This document shows positions 44,393-53,108 of a DNA stretch of 64,000 nucleotides, one piece after another. The DNA lies in assembly GCA_021108375.1 (NCBI GenBank), contig JAIORA010000019.1, positions 5,660-69,659 of the forward strand. Reading direction: 5' to 3'. The notes below the pieces were generated by a model, which saw only the letters and a list, made by a program, of their open reading frames with translations, ran no database searches and was not told where the DNA came from. Source of the stretch: Anaerohalosphaeraceae bacterium (GTDB taxonomy: Bacteria; Planctomycetota; Phycisphaerae; Sedimentisphaerales; UBA12454). Made by a program: the position numbers and the translations under genes. Position 1 is the first letter of the stretch; each line of letters begins with the position of its first letter.

Positions 44393-44922
44393 AAATGACG
44401 GATAGAAAAAAACCAGATTTGGCGGCAATAAAGCTGCTGGCGATGGATGTTGACGGCGTTCTTACGGATGGCTCGGTGATTATTGGTGATGACGGAAGCG
44501 AGTCCAAAAAATTTAACCTGCTTGACGGCCACGGTATAAAATTGTGGCACAGGGCGGGGTTGCAGACCGCGCTCATAAGTGGAAGGATGAGTAACGCAAC
44601 GCAGGTAAGGGCTAAGCAGCTCGGAATTAACTTTGTTTATCAGCCTTGTCCGGCAAAGCTGGAAGGGCTTGAAAAACTTTTGAGCCAGTCGGGTTTCGCC
44701 CCGAAGGATATTGCGTATATCGGGGATGATGTTCTGGATATTCCGGTAGCGAAGCGGGTAGGCTTTAGTGTGGCGGTTGATAATGCTGTCGATGAGCTGA
44801 AAAAAGAGGTTCATTATATCACCTCCAGGCCAGGCGGAGCCGGGGCCGTTAGAGAGGTTGTAGAATACATCCTGAAGAATACGGGAAGATGGCAAGAGCT
44901 TATGGAGCGGTATCTTGTTTAG
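44389..44922 (+). CDS. kdsC: 3-deoxy-D-manno-octulosonate 8-phosphate phosphatase (HAD-IIIA, KdsC)
   Basis: LLAMDVDGVLTDG...DGHGIK...SGR...YIGDDVLDIP. It overlaps the kdsD stop. The start is the GTG at 44389 or the ATG at 44395. Confidence 0.85.
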   Translation: MKMTDRKKPDLAAIKLLAMDVDGVLTDGSVIIGDDGSESKKFNLLDGHGIKLWHRAGLQTALISGRMSNATQVRAKQLGINFVYQPCPAKLEGLEKLLSQSGFAPKDIAYIGDDVLDIPVAKRVGFSVAVDNAVDELKKEVHYITSRPGGAGAVREVVEYILKNTGRWQELMERYLV

Positions 44923-44952
44923 CACCGGTTTCAATATGTTAATGGCGAATTT

Positions 44953-47055
44953 ATGATTTTAGGACGAAAATTTAAAATCTGGTTGTTTACCTTCAGTTTG
45001 GTTCTGGTGGCTTTTCTGCTGTATCTGTCGTTGGGCAATACCGGTTCGATTAAGATTTCAAAATCAGATATCAAAATAAATATCGCTGATGCCAACATAG
45101 TATCCGACGCTAATAGCGGGCGTATCGGCGATGCAAGGCTCGGCTATCTTGAAGAGGCCAGGTTTGAGACTATAGACCCGCAGACAAGAAAACTCGAAAG
45201 GGTGATAGGCTTTGAAAAGGTTCTGCACAAAAGCGGAGACCAGTGGGAGCTGGATAAGCCCTTTATGAATATATTTCAAAAAGATTTGCGGTGCGAGTTA
45301 ACCGCGGATACGGGTACGATAGAGCTTGAAAACATTAAAGGTACGCAGCCATCGCCGAAGAATGCGGTGCTGACCGGTAATGTTGTGATTCACATTATGC
45401 CGAGCGGGAAAAGCTCAAAAGATGATAGCTTTATATATCTCAATGAGGTTGAGTTTGATGGCGACCGTTCGATGTTTCTTTCCGACAGCAAAATTGTTGT
45501 GGATTCCAAATTCGCACACCTCGAAGGCAAAGGGTTAGAAATAGTTTATAATGGCCTTACCAGACGGCTTGAGTACCTGGAAATTAAGCAGGTAGATTTT
45601 TTGAACATTTTAGAGACTTCGAAAAAGGAACAAGCCTCGTCTAATCCCGTTTCCGATGAACCTGCTGCTTCTGTCGAAATTTCTAAGCCGCAACCAGAAG
45701 TGAAAGCAATTGCCGCTGAAAATTCACAGAACGATTATCAGTGTATTTTCAGGGACAATGTTACGATAGAGTATGAAAGCAATGAAGTGATTCTTGCTGA
45801 CGAGATTTCGATAAACAAACTTTTGTGGTCTTCTGAAGAGGATACGAAAACGGTATCTGCCGGCAGTGATGAAAAGGTTGTTTCATCAGGTCAGGTCGCA
45901 GGGCGGGAAGTTTCTGCTCCGGCACCGATAGCTACGACAAAGGTGTCTATGGTTCAGGAAATGAGGGTTGTTGCTGTTGTGAAATGTAACGGGCCGATGA
46001 TTGTCAAGCCGGAACATATGCAGGCCGATTCGTTTAGCATAGATGCATTCAAGAGTTATTCAGAGCTTGACAAGAATGTGATAAAATGGCTCGGCGAGAG
46101 AAATGTGCTTTTGTCGCAGCGTATTGATTATGATTATCGCAAGCAGATTGCCAGGGCCAGCGGTCAGGTCGAATTGGTTTTTTATCCGAAGAGCGCAGAT
46201 GGCAGTACCAAATTGCCGGCTGTTATAGATGCCGAAAAAAGTGCTGTGTTTGTCGTCGCGAAAAAACAGGCGCAGTTTCACGGCAATGTAGTTGGGAAAA
46301 TGCCACAGGAGAGTCAGGGCTGTCGTCGGGAAAATGTTTTCTATGGAGACAGCCTTGTTGTTGACATTGCAGGGACACAGAAATCTGAGGATATGATGGC
46401 CAGCGGCAAGGTGAGCCATATTGAGATAACTGGGCCGGGCGTTCGGCTTGAATCTATAAAAACCATTGGCAGCGAAAAGCTTAGCCACGTAAGGCTTGCG
46501 TCTAAACGGATAGATTATTTTGCAGAGACGCAGGAGATAATCGCGTTCGGAAATGGCAGAATAGAATACAGCAAGGCCGTTGCCAAAAGCAGTGATTCTG
46601 CCAAGGATAACAAACCCGGCTATGGGCTTGTCGAAGGCTTTGATGAGCTTGTCTGGAATACGGACAAAATGCATATTATGGCGAAGAGCGAAAGGGCAGG
46701 CGGTATTCATATGGGCTATTTGCCGATTGAACCTGACGGCACATACGGCAAAAAAATTACGGTTGATACGCGACGGGTTGATATTGATTATATTGAGCCT
46801 GCCGATAGTAAGGCCGAATTGACGAGGCTTACCGCAAAAGGCGGAATCGTGTATTACGAACAGGACAGATACGAATTTGTCGGCGAAAATCTGCTCTATA
46901 ACGCTTTAGAAAATTATATGACTGTTGCCGGTTCGCAGGAGACGGCCTGTATGCTTAATGGCGTTTTCGTTGACGGAATAGAATATAATGTTAAAACCGG
47001 CCAGGCTCAGGCTGTTCTTGGGCAGGGGGTCGGGGTTATTTCAGTACAGGAATAA
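44953..47055 (+). CDS. large membrane-anchored protein with LptC/LptA (OstA-like)-type repeats, function unproven
   Basis: 700 aa with an N-terminal TM (IWLFTFSLVLVAFLLYLSL). Segments such as LTADTGTIELEN...AVLTGNVVIHI and LTAKGGIVYYEQDRYEFVGENLLYN follow the LptC/LptA beta-jellyroll pattern. It occupies the lptC/lptA position after kdsD-kdsC. Confidence 0.4.
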   Translation: MILGRKFKIWLFTFSLVLVAFLLYLSLGNTGSIKISKSDIKINIADANIVSDANSGRIGDARLGYLEEARFETIDPQTRKLERVIGFEKVLHKSGDQWELDKPFMNIFQKDLRCELTADTGTIELENIKGTQPSPKNAVLTGNVVIHIMPSGKSSKDDSFIYLNEVEFDGDRSMFLSDSKIVVDSKFAHLEGKGLEIVYNGLTRRLEYLEIKQVDFLNILETSKKEQASSNPVSDEPAASVEISKPQPEVKAIAAENSQNDYQCIFRDNVTIEYESNEVILADEISINKLLWSSEEDTKTVSAGSDEKVVSSGQVAGREVSAPAPIATTKVSMVQEMRVVAVVKCNGPMIVKPEHMQADSFSIDAFKSYSELDKNVIKWLGERNVLLSQRIDYDYRKQIARASGQVELVFYPKSADGSTKLPAVIDAEKSAVFVVAKKQAQFHGNVVGKMPQESQGCRRENVFYGDSLVVDIAGTQKSEDMMASGKVSHIEITGPGVRLESIKTIGSEKLSHVRLASKRIDYFAETQEIIAFGNGRIEYSKAVAKSSDSAKDNKPGYGLVEGFDELVWNTDKMHIMAKSERAGGIHMGYLPIEPDGTYGKKITVDTRRVDIDYIEPADSKAELTRLTAKGGIVYYEQDRYEFVGENLLYNALENYMTVAGSQETACMLNGVFVDGIEYNVKTGQAQAVLGQGVGVISVQE

Positions 47056-47084
47056 CGTATGGGGCTTCTGAAAAACTAAGACTT

Positions 47085-47185
47085 ATAGAGTTTGAGATTG
47101 CCGCGGCCTGACAACAAGGCCTCGCAACGACATAAAAACGCACAATCCGTCATTGCGAGAAGCAACGCGACGAAGCAATCTCCAG
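47085..47185. repeat. repeat zone 14: one reverse and one forward TGTCATTGCGAG...GCAATC-type unit
   Basis: gagattgccgcggcctgacaacaaggcctcgcaacgaca ... gtcattgcgagaagcaacgcgacgaagcaatctcc. Confidence 0.8.
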
Positions 47186-47248
47186 TTTTTCAGAGACCCT
47201 ATATCTAATTTATCTGGTTAAGACGAGCGAAGAATGCTGTTTTTGGGG

Positions 47249-47276
47249 TTGACTTTAGAGTGAATTTGGCTAAACT
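47249..47276 (+). promoter_or_regulatory. sigma-70-like promoter for etfBA
   Basis: TTGACT, a 16-nt spacer, then TAAACT, ~95 nt upstream of the TTG start at 47373. Confidence 0.45.
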
Positions 47277-47372
47277 TGCGCGTCTTTAATGACCCCGAAA
47301 ACAGGGAATTTACAGAATAAAACAGCAAACCCTAACGGTTTGGTATTAAAACCTTTAAACAAGGAGGTAAAG

Positions 47373-48284
47373 TTGGCTTACAATTGTGTGGTGTTAATTA
47401 AGCAGGTGCCAGACACCAAGAAAATTACAGGCGAGGCGATGAACGATGACGGAACAGTCAATCGTGGTGCGCTGCCAGCAATTTTCAATCCGGAAGATTT
47501 GAACGCACTCGAACTGGCTCTCGATATAAAAGACCAGTACGGCGGGGCGGTAACTGTTATTACGATGGGGCTTCCCTCGGCCAGTGATATTCTGAGGCAG
47601 TCTCTGTATCGCGGTGCGGATGAGGCGATACTCGTAACCGACCGTCGATGTGCCGCCAGCGATACTCTTGCAACCAGTTATATTCTCAGTGCCGCGGTTA
47701 AAAAACTCGACTATGACATAGTTCTTTGTGGTCGTCAGGCTATCGATGGTGATACCGCTCAGGTTGGCCCTCAGCTTGCTGAAAAACTTGGTATTCCGCA
47801 GGTAACATACGTGGAAGAGCTTTTGAGTCTTGACGGCGAATCGATGACAGCACGTCGCAATATCGGTAACGGATGGCAGGAAGTAAGATGCGAAATGCCG
47901 CTGCTGGTTACCGTTATCGATGAGGCAAATGAGCCCAGAGTTGCCTCGGCAAGAAAGCTGATGAAAAACAAAAATGCGTTGACTCCGGTTGAGGTGGAAG
48001 TGTCTGCCAGGCAGGGAAATCCTGATGCAAGCGCTGAGAAAATCGCTGAATTGGTCAAGAGGAAAACTCAGGAGCTTCAGGAAAATGGTCTGCTTATCAA
48101 ACAGTGGGACTTAGACGATATTGAAGCTGATTTGACCTGGTGCGGCAGGGATGGTTCGCCGACAAAGGTACACAGAATTCAAAGCGTTGTTCTCTCAGCT
48201 AAGGACAGTAAGTTCGTTGAGCCTACAGAGCAGGGTGTTGCTGATATGATACACGAACTTATAAGCGATAAGACAATAAGTTAG
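47373..48284 (+). CDS. etfB: electron transfer flavoprotein subunit beta (EtfB/FixA)
   Basis: VVLIKQVPDT, ...NPEDLNALELAL... and CGRQAIDGDTAQVGP. The TTG at 47373 follows AAGGAGG by 6 nt. The track ATG at 47289 would add 28 non-homologous residues. Confidence 0.9.
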   Translation: MAYNCVVLIKQVPDTKKITGEAMNDDGTVNRGALPAIFNPEDLNALELALDIKDQYGGAVTVITMGLPSASDILRQSLYRGADEAILVTDRRCAASDTLATSYILSAAVKKLDYDIVLCGRQAIDGDTAQVGPQLAEKLGIPQVTYVEELLSLDGESMTARRNIGNGWQEVRCEMPLLVTVIDEANEPRVASARKLMKNKNALTPVEVEVSARQGNPDASAEKIAELVKRKTQELQENGLLIKQWDLDDIEADLTWCGRDGSPTKVHRIQSVVLSAKDSKFVEPTEQGVADMIHELISDKTIS

Positions 48285-48379
48285 ACATTTTAATTGTCCG
48301 TCTTAGCGGCGGGGTCGTTGCGGAAAACATAAAATATATTTTTGGTTCAGGCAGAACCTGATAAGGACAGGAATAAAGG

Positions 48380-49408
48380 ATGATAAAGGTCAACAGAAAA
48401 GGAGAGGTTTGGGTCTTCATAGAGCAGCACGAAGGCAAACTTGAGGATATCGGGCTTGAGCTTTTGGGCAGGGCAAGGACGCTTGGCAATGAACTTGGCG
48501 TAGAAGTCGGGGCGGTACTTGTCGGCGATAATGTTAAGTCGATGGCTGAAAAAATCTGCCATTATGGTGCCGACAAGGTTTATGTTCTTGAGAACCCTCT
48601 GCTTGGGCACTACCAGACGAACAGCTACAGCAAAGCCATTTATGATTTGATTCATAAATATGAGCCGCAAATAATGATATTTGGAGCCTCGGCCTGCGGA
48701 AGAGATTTGGCACCTCGCGTAGCAAGCGCAGCAAAAGCAGGACTAACCGCCGATTGTACCGACTTGTGCATTGGCGACCACGAGGTTAAAAAAACCAACA
48801 CCGTTCATAAAAAACTTTTGCTGCAGATAAGGCCGGCCTTTGGCGGGAACATTATCGCAACGATTATCAATTATGACAGATGGCCCCAAATGGCTACCGT
48901 TCGCGAGGGTGTTATGCCTATGCCTGAATTACAGGCAGATAGAAAAGGCAAAATAATTGTCGAGCAGGTGCATATCGGTAACGATGAGCTGCCGCTGGAA
49001 ATTCTCAACGAGCATAAACGTGAGAAGAAGGTTAACCTCAAGGCTTCGAGAATTATTGTAGCTGGCGGTGCGGGCGTTGGGAGTAAGGAAAATTTCAGAT
49101 TTATCTGGGACCTTGCAAACGCTCTCGGAGCTTCTCCCGGAGCTACCAGAGCAGCGGTTGACCTTGGCTTTATCGACAGGGACCATCAGGTTGGACAAAC
49201 CGGAACGACGGTTCGGCCGAGTCTTTATATAGCGGTGGGAATCAGCGGAGCTATTCAGCATCAGGCGGGTATGTGCGAGAGCCAGAAGATTATAGCTATT
49301 AACAATGACCCTGACGCACCGATATTCAACGTAGCTCATTATAAGATTGTGGGCGATTTGAATACTGTTGTGCCGACGATGATAAAATCGATAAAAGCGA
49401 GAGTTTAA
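48380..49408 (+). CDS. etfA: electron transfer flavoprotein subunit alpha (EtfA/FixB)
   Basis: 342 aa with the FAD-binding C-terminal motifs VGQTGTTVRPSLYIAVGISGAIQHQAGM. Confidence 0.9.
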   Translation: MIKVNRKGEVWVFIEQHEGKLEDIGLELLGRARTLGNELGVEVGAVLVGDNVKSMAEKICHYGADKVYVLENPLLGHYQTNSYSKAIYDLIHKYEPQIMIFGASACGRDLAPRVASAAKAGLTADCTDLCIGDHEVKKTNTVHKKLLLQIRPAFGGNIIATIINYDRWPQMATVREGVMPMPELQADRKGKIIVEQVHIGNDELPLEILNEHKREKKVNLKASRIIVAGGAGVGSKENFRFIWDLANALGASPGATRAAVDLGFIDRDHQVGQTGTTVRPSLYIAVGISGAIQHQAGMCESQKIIAINNDPDAPIFNVAHYKIVGDLNTVVPTMIKSIKARV

Positions 49409-49410
49409 AA

Positions 49411-49500
49411 ATTGTCCCAAAATACCTGAGAAGAACTTTAGTGGTATCGGAAGCATTAAAGATGATGGTTTTGGGATGGATAACAGAAATACAATTGAAA
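49411..49500 (+). ncRNA. candidate structured leader (copy 1 of a conserved hairpin motif) upstream of the acyl-CoA dehydrogenase gene
   Basis: ttgtcccaaaat..ctgaga...gcattaa......tggttttgggatggataa.ag...attgaaa. An 8-bp stem pairs tcccaaaa (49414-49421) with ttttggga (49468-49475). A second copy lies at 55615-55700. Confidence 0.4.
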
Positions 49501-49512
49501 CGGATTTAAAAA

Positions 49513-51309
49513 ATGGCTAATTTTTATAAAGATAATAATGATATACAGTTTATGTTCAGGCATATGGAGGTTGCCTCTGTAGCGGACGCGATAGAAGAGG
49601 GATATAAATTTGCGGGCGAGTTTGATTACGCTCCCAAAGATGCCGACGAGGCTATAACCAATTATGACCTTGTTCTGGATTCTCTTGGACAGCTTAGCGG
49701 TGATTTTATCGCTCCGCGTTCTGAGGACATCGACCGGCAGGGCAGTACGCACAATGAAGACGGTACCGTTAGTTATGCCGACGGAATTGCGGAATCTATC
49801 GACAAGCTCGCTAAGGCCTCTGTGATGGGTTTTACTTTGCCTCACAGATTCGGCGGTTTGAATTTTCCTAATGTTGTTTACTCGATAGCTATCGAAATGG
49901 TTTCGCGTGCCGATGCTTCTCTGATGAATATTTTTGGTTTGCAGGGAATTGCCGAAACGATAAACGGTTTTGCTTCAGAAGAAATTAAACAGCAGTATCT
50001 GCACGATTTTGCTGTTGGCAAAGTTACCGGCGCTATGGTTCTTACCGAGCCGGACGCTGGAAGTGATTTGCAGGCCTGCAAACTCAAAGCGTTTCAGGAC
50101 GATGACGGCAACTGGTTTATGCACGGCGTGAAAAGATTTATCACCAATGGCTGCGGAGAGGTTTTGCTGGTGTTGGCCAGAAGCGAGCCGGACAGAGCAG
50201 GCGGTCTTGGTCTTAGCCTGTTTGTTTGCGATAGCGGCCCGACTGTTCACGTCAGGCGAATAGAGGATAAACTTGGTATTCACGGCTCCCCGACGTGTGA
50301 GCTTTATTTTGACAATACCCCGTGCAAACTTGTTGGCGAACGCAGAAGAGGTTTGGCTCCTTATGTTATGAGCCTTATGAACGGTGCCAGACTCGGTATA
50401 TCAGCCCAGTCTTTGGGTATTGCCGAGGCCGCTTACAGAGTTGCCAGAGATTATGCTGCCAGCCGTGAGCAGTTTGGTGTGGCGATTGAAAAACTGCCCG
50501 CTGTCCGCGATATGGTTATAGATATGAAAATTGACATCGAGGCCAGCAGAACTCTGCTTTACGAAACCAGCAGAGTTGTTGATATGGAACTTGCCTATGC
50601 CAAGATGCTTGAGAATGACCCTCCGGCTGACAAGGTAGAGCTTAAGAAGGTTAAGGACGCTGCCAGAAAATATAAACGCTGTGCTGGTATGCTGACCCCG
50701 ATGACAAAATATCTCAGCTCGGAGATGAGCAATAAAGTTGCTTACGATTCGATTCAGGTACTTGGCGGAAGCGGTTTTATGAGGGATTATCCATCTGAAA
50801 GGTACGCGCGTGATGCCAGGATTACGACGATTTACGAAGGTACGAGTCAGTTGCAGGTTGTAGCTGCGGTTCGCGGGGTCTGCAACGGAACGGCTGCCAA
50901 ATATATCGAAGAGCTTCAACAGAAGCAGTATGCTCCAGAACTCAAGGACCTGCTCAAGGTGCTCGAAGAGGGTTTTGAGACAATGCTCAAGACGGTTGTG
51001 TTCGTTAAGGAAAAAGGCGTTAATTATATGGACCTGCACGGCAGAGCTATAACTGATATTGCAATCAGTCTGATTAACGGCTATCTTTTCTGCGGCCAGG
51101 TATCGAGCCAGTGCGATATGGAGGTTGCTGTCGCGGACGAGGCCGATAAGAAAATCAGTATGAAAAAACGCAAAGCGTTGCTCACACAAAGGTATATAAC
51201 CAGGAATGCTTTGAAGATAAAATCGATGGGCGAGTTGGTGCTTAGCGAAGACAAATCAAGCTTCAATGATTACGAGGCATTGATTGGTCCTGTGCCTGAG
51301 GAGATTTAA
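49513..51309 (+). CDS. acyl-CoA dehydrogenase, long (~600 aa) form with C-terminal extension
   Basis: The ACAD N/M/C domains are present (TEPDAGSD, RFITNG, ARITTIYEGTSQLQ), plus an extra ~150-aa C-terminal domain. Confidence 0.9.
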   Translation: MANFYKDNNDIQFMFRHMEVASVADAIEEGYKFAGEFDYAPKDADEAITNYDLVLDSLGQLSGDFIAPRSEDIDRQGSTHNEDGTVSYADGIAESIDKLAKASVMGFTLPHRFGGLNFPNVVYSIAIEMVSRADASLMNIFGLQGIAETINGFASEEIKQQYLHDFAVGKVTGAMVLTEPDAGSDLQACKLKAFQDDDGNWFMHGVKRFITNGCGEVLLVLARSEPDRAGGLGLSLFVCDSGPTVHVRRIEDKLGIHGSPTCELYFDNTPCKLVGERRRGLAPYVMSLMNGARLGISAQSLGIAEAAYRVARDYAASREQFGVAIEKLPAVRDMVIDMKIDIEASRTLLYETSRVVDMELAYAKMLENDPPADKVELKKVKDAARKYKRCAGMLTPMTKYLSSEMSNKVAYDSIQVLGGSGFMRDYPSERYARDARITTIYEGTSQLQVVAAVRGVCNGTAAKYIEELQQKQYAPELKDLLKVLEEGFETMLKTVVFVKEKGVNYMDLHGRAITDIAISLINGYLFCGQVSSQCDMEVAVADEADKKISMKKRKALLTQRYITRNALKIKSMGELVLSEDKSSFNDYEALIGPVPEEI

Positions 51310-51314
51310 AACCA

Positions 51315-51995
51315 GTGCTCAAGGCGGTTATATTTGATTTTGATGGTGTTATATCCGATTCGGAACTGTTGCACTGGCAGGGGTTCAATGAGATATTGGC
51401 CCGGTTTGATATAAAACTGTCGAAACAGGATTACTATGATAATTATCTGGGTTTTACCGACAGCGAGTTGCTGGAAAAGGTGATGGCTCGCGGCGGTGTT
51501 GATTTCGACAAGGCGATGATAGAGGAGCTTGTCGATGAAAAGGCAGATGTTTTTTCCGCATTAGTCAAAAACTCCAACCATATCATAAACGGGGTACGCG
51601 AATTTCTGGCAGAGTTGAGCGGCAGTAACATTCCGATGGCAATCTGTTCCGGTGCCTCCAGTGCCGATATTGATGTTATGCTTTCCGGAAGTGAACTCGG
51701 CGATTATTTCAGATTCATTGTCAGTGCTGATGATGTCATTAAGGGCAAGCCTGAGCCGGATGGTTATTTATTGGCTTTGCAAAAGCTCAACGAATTACAG
51801 CAGGGGTCTGTTTCTGCCGGGCAGTGTGTTGTAATTGAGGATTCGCATTGGGGCATAGAGGCAGGCAAAAAAGCAGGTATGCGCGTTTTGGCTGTTACCA
51901 ATAGCTATGTCACTTCTGAACTTAAAGCTGCTGACAAAACAGTTGAAAGTCTTGGCGATTTAAAAGCCTCTGATTTGTACCAGATGTGTGATTAG
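51315..51995 (+). CDS. HAD family hydrolase (beta-phosphoglucomutase-like subfamily IA)
   Basis: VIFDFDGVISDSE (DxDG motif I), CSGAS (motif II) and KGKPEPD...EDSHWGIEAGKKAGM (motifs III/IV). GTG start. Confidence 0.85.
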   Translation: MLKAVIFDFDGVISDSELLHWQGFNEILARFDIKLSKQDYYDNYLGFTDSELLEKVMARGGVDFDKAMIEELVDEKADVFSALVKNSNHIINGVREFLAELSGSNIPMAICSGASSADIDVMLSGSELGDYFRFIVSADDVIKGKPEPDGYLLALQKLNELQQGSVSAGQCVVIEDSHWGIEAGKKAGMRVLAVTNSYVTSELKAADKTVESLGDLKASDLYQMCD

Positions 51996-52019
51996 AGCTT
52001 ACGTACCAGTTTAGGGCAG

Positions 52020-53072
52020 TTATTTGTCCAAATCCTGTGATATGTGCTCGATAGCATCTGTGAGCTTTTCGTGATTGTTCTGTATCCAAAGGCATTTGCG
52101 TAAAATCATCTTGAGAAAATCACTGCCGGAAAGATGGATAAAGGAACCGGTAGCCGCTATCGGCAGAACGGCCTCTGCGATAAGTGTTTCTATCATCAAG
52201 TCGGCCAGAGCCTGCGTTTTTTCTTTTTTTATTTTTCTAAACTGAAGATAGCCATAAATAAAATGTGCCAGCTTGGCCTGGTCGAGATAGTCCGGCCAGT
52301 CTATCGGGTTTGGTCTGCCGGCAACTATTGAATACTGCAGCATTCCGTTAGCTAAATCTATAAGGGGCGGCGAGACTTTCAAAGAATCAAAATCCAGTAC
52401 AGCGGTTACTTTGCCATTCATAAAAAGCATATTGCCGGGATGCCAGTCGCCGTGTACAATCTGCTGGGGCCATACGTCAAAACCGAGCTGGTTTACATTA
52501 ACGCTCGAATGGTTGTAGATTGTCATCAATTTTTCGACAATTTTTTGAAAATCCTTGTCCGAGCCGTTCGAGTTATTTTCAGTGCTTATTTTTTTTAGAT
52601 ACCGTCTGACTGGACTTGCATCGTGAAAAGTTGTTTTCAATGGCAGTGATTGGCTGGAGAAATCTTCCAGGCAGGTATGGAATTTTGCCAGTGTTTTTCC
52701 GGCATCCTGCACGGCCTTGTCCTTACTATCGAACCTAACCCCTGGCGTAAATTCAAACAATTCGTATATGTGCTTGTCGAGTTCAAGAAATGAATTGCCT
52801 TCATCTCGTGTTGTAATAAGATTTGGCAGTGGAAATTTTTTTTTCTGTAGATGCTGCTGCACAGCGTGCGAAAATGTTACTCTGTAGCGGTCGTTTTTGT
52901 CTCCAGCCCTTCTCTTCAGCAGATATTTCCCGGTGTCGGAAACGACAATCTGCTTTGGAGCTTTTCTATTGCCTGCGGTTAGTGATTTTATACTTTGAAT
53001 GATGCCAATGTCATAATGGCTCAGTACCAAAGCCAGTTCCTGTGATATAAAATGTGCTCCACCTTTTGGCAT
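52020..53072 (-). CDS. phosphotransferase family protein (APH / CotS / type-II homoserine-kinase-like fold)
   Basis: 350 aa with the Brenner-type motif HGDWHPGNMLF and the downstream AVLDFDSL. Confidence 0.75.
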   Translation of the reverse strand: MPKGGAHFISQELALVLSHYDIGIIQSIKSLTAGNRKAPKQIVVSDTGKYLLKRRAGDKNDRYRVTFSHAVQQHLQKKKFPLPNLITTRDEGNSFLELDKHIYELFEFTPGVRFDSKDKAVQDAGKTLAKFHTCLEDFSSQSLPLKTTFHDASPVRRYLKKISTENNSNGSDKDFQKIVEKLMTIYNHSSVNVNQLGFDVWPQQIVHGDWHPGNMLFMNGKVTAVLDFDSLKVSPPLIDLANGMLQYSIVAGRPNPIDWPDYLDQAKLAHFIYGYLQFRKIKKEKTQALADLMIETLIAEAVLPIAATGSFIHLSGSDFLKMILRKCLWIQNNHEKLTDAIEHISQDLDK

Positions 53073-53108
53073 ATCTTCACTTGAAGTACTCTAAAATACG
53101 GTTATTCG

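Noticed and set aside
47238-47302. An 11-bp inverted repeat, gtttttggggt / accccgaaaac, bracketing the etfB promoter. It might be a leader hairpin related to the tcccaaaa/ttttggga motif.
   Set aside because: The 5' arm lies upstream of the predicted -35 box, so it would not be in the transcript. The sequence only superficially resembles the conserved hairpin motif, and the arm order is different. An operator-like palindrome 43 nt apart is possible but unsupported.
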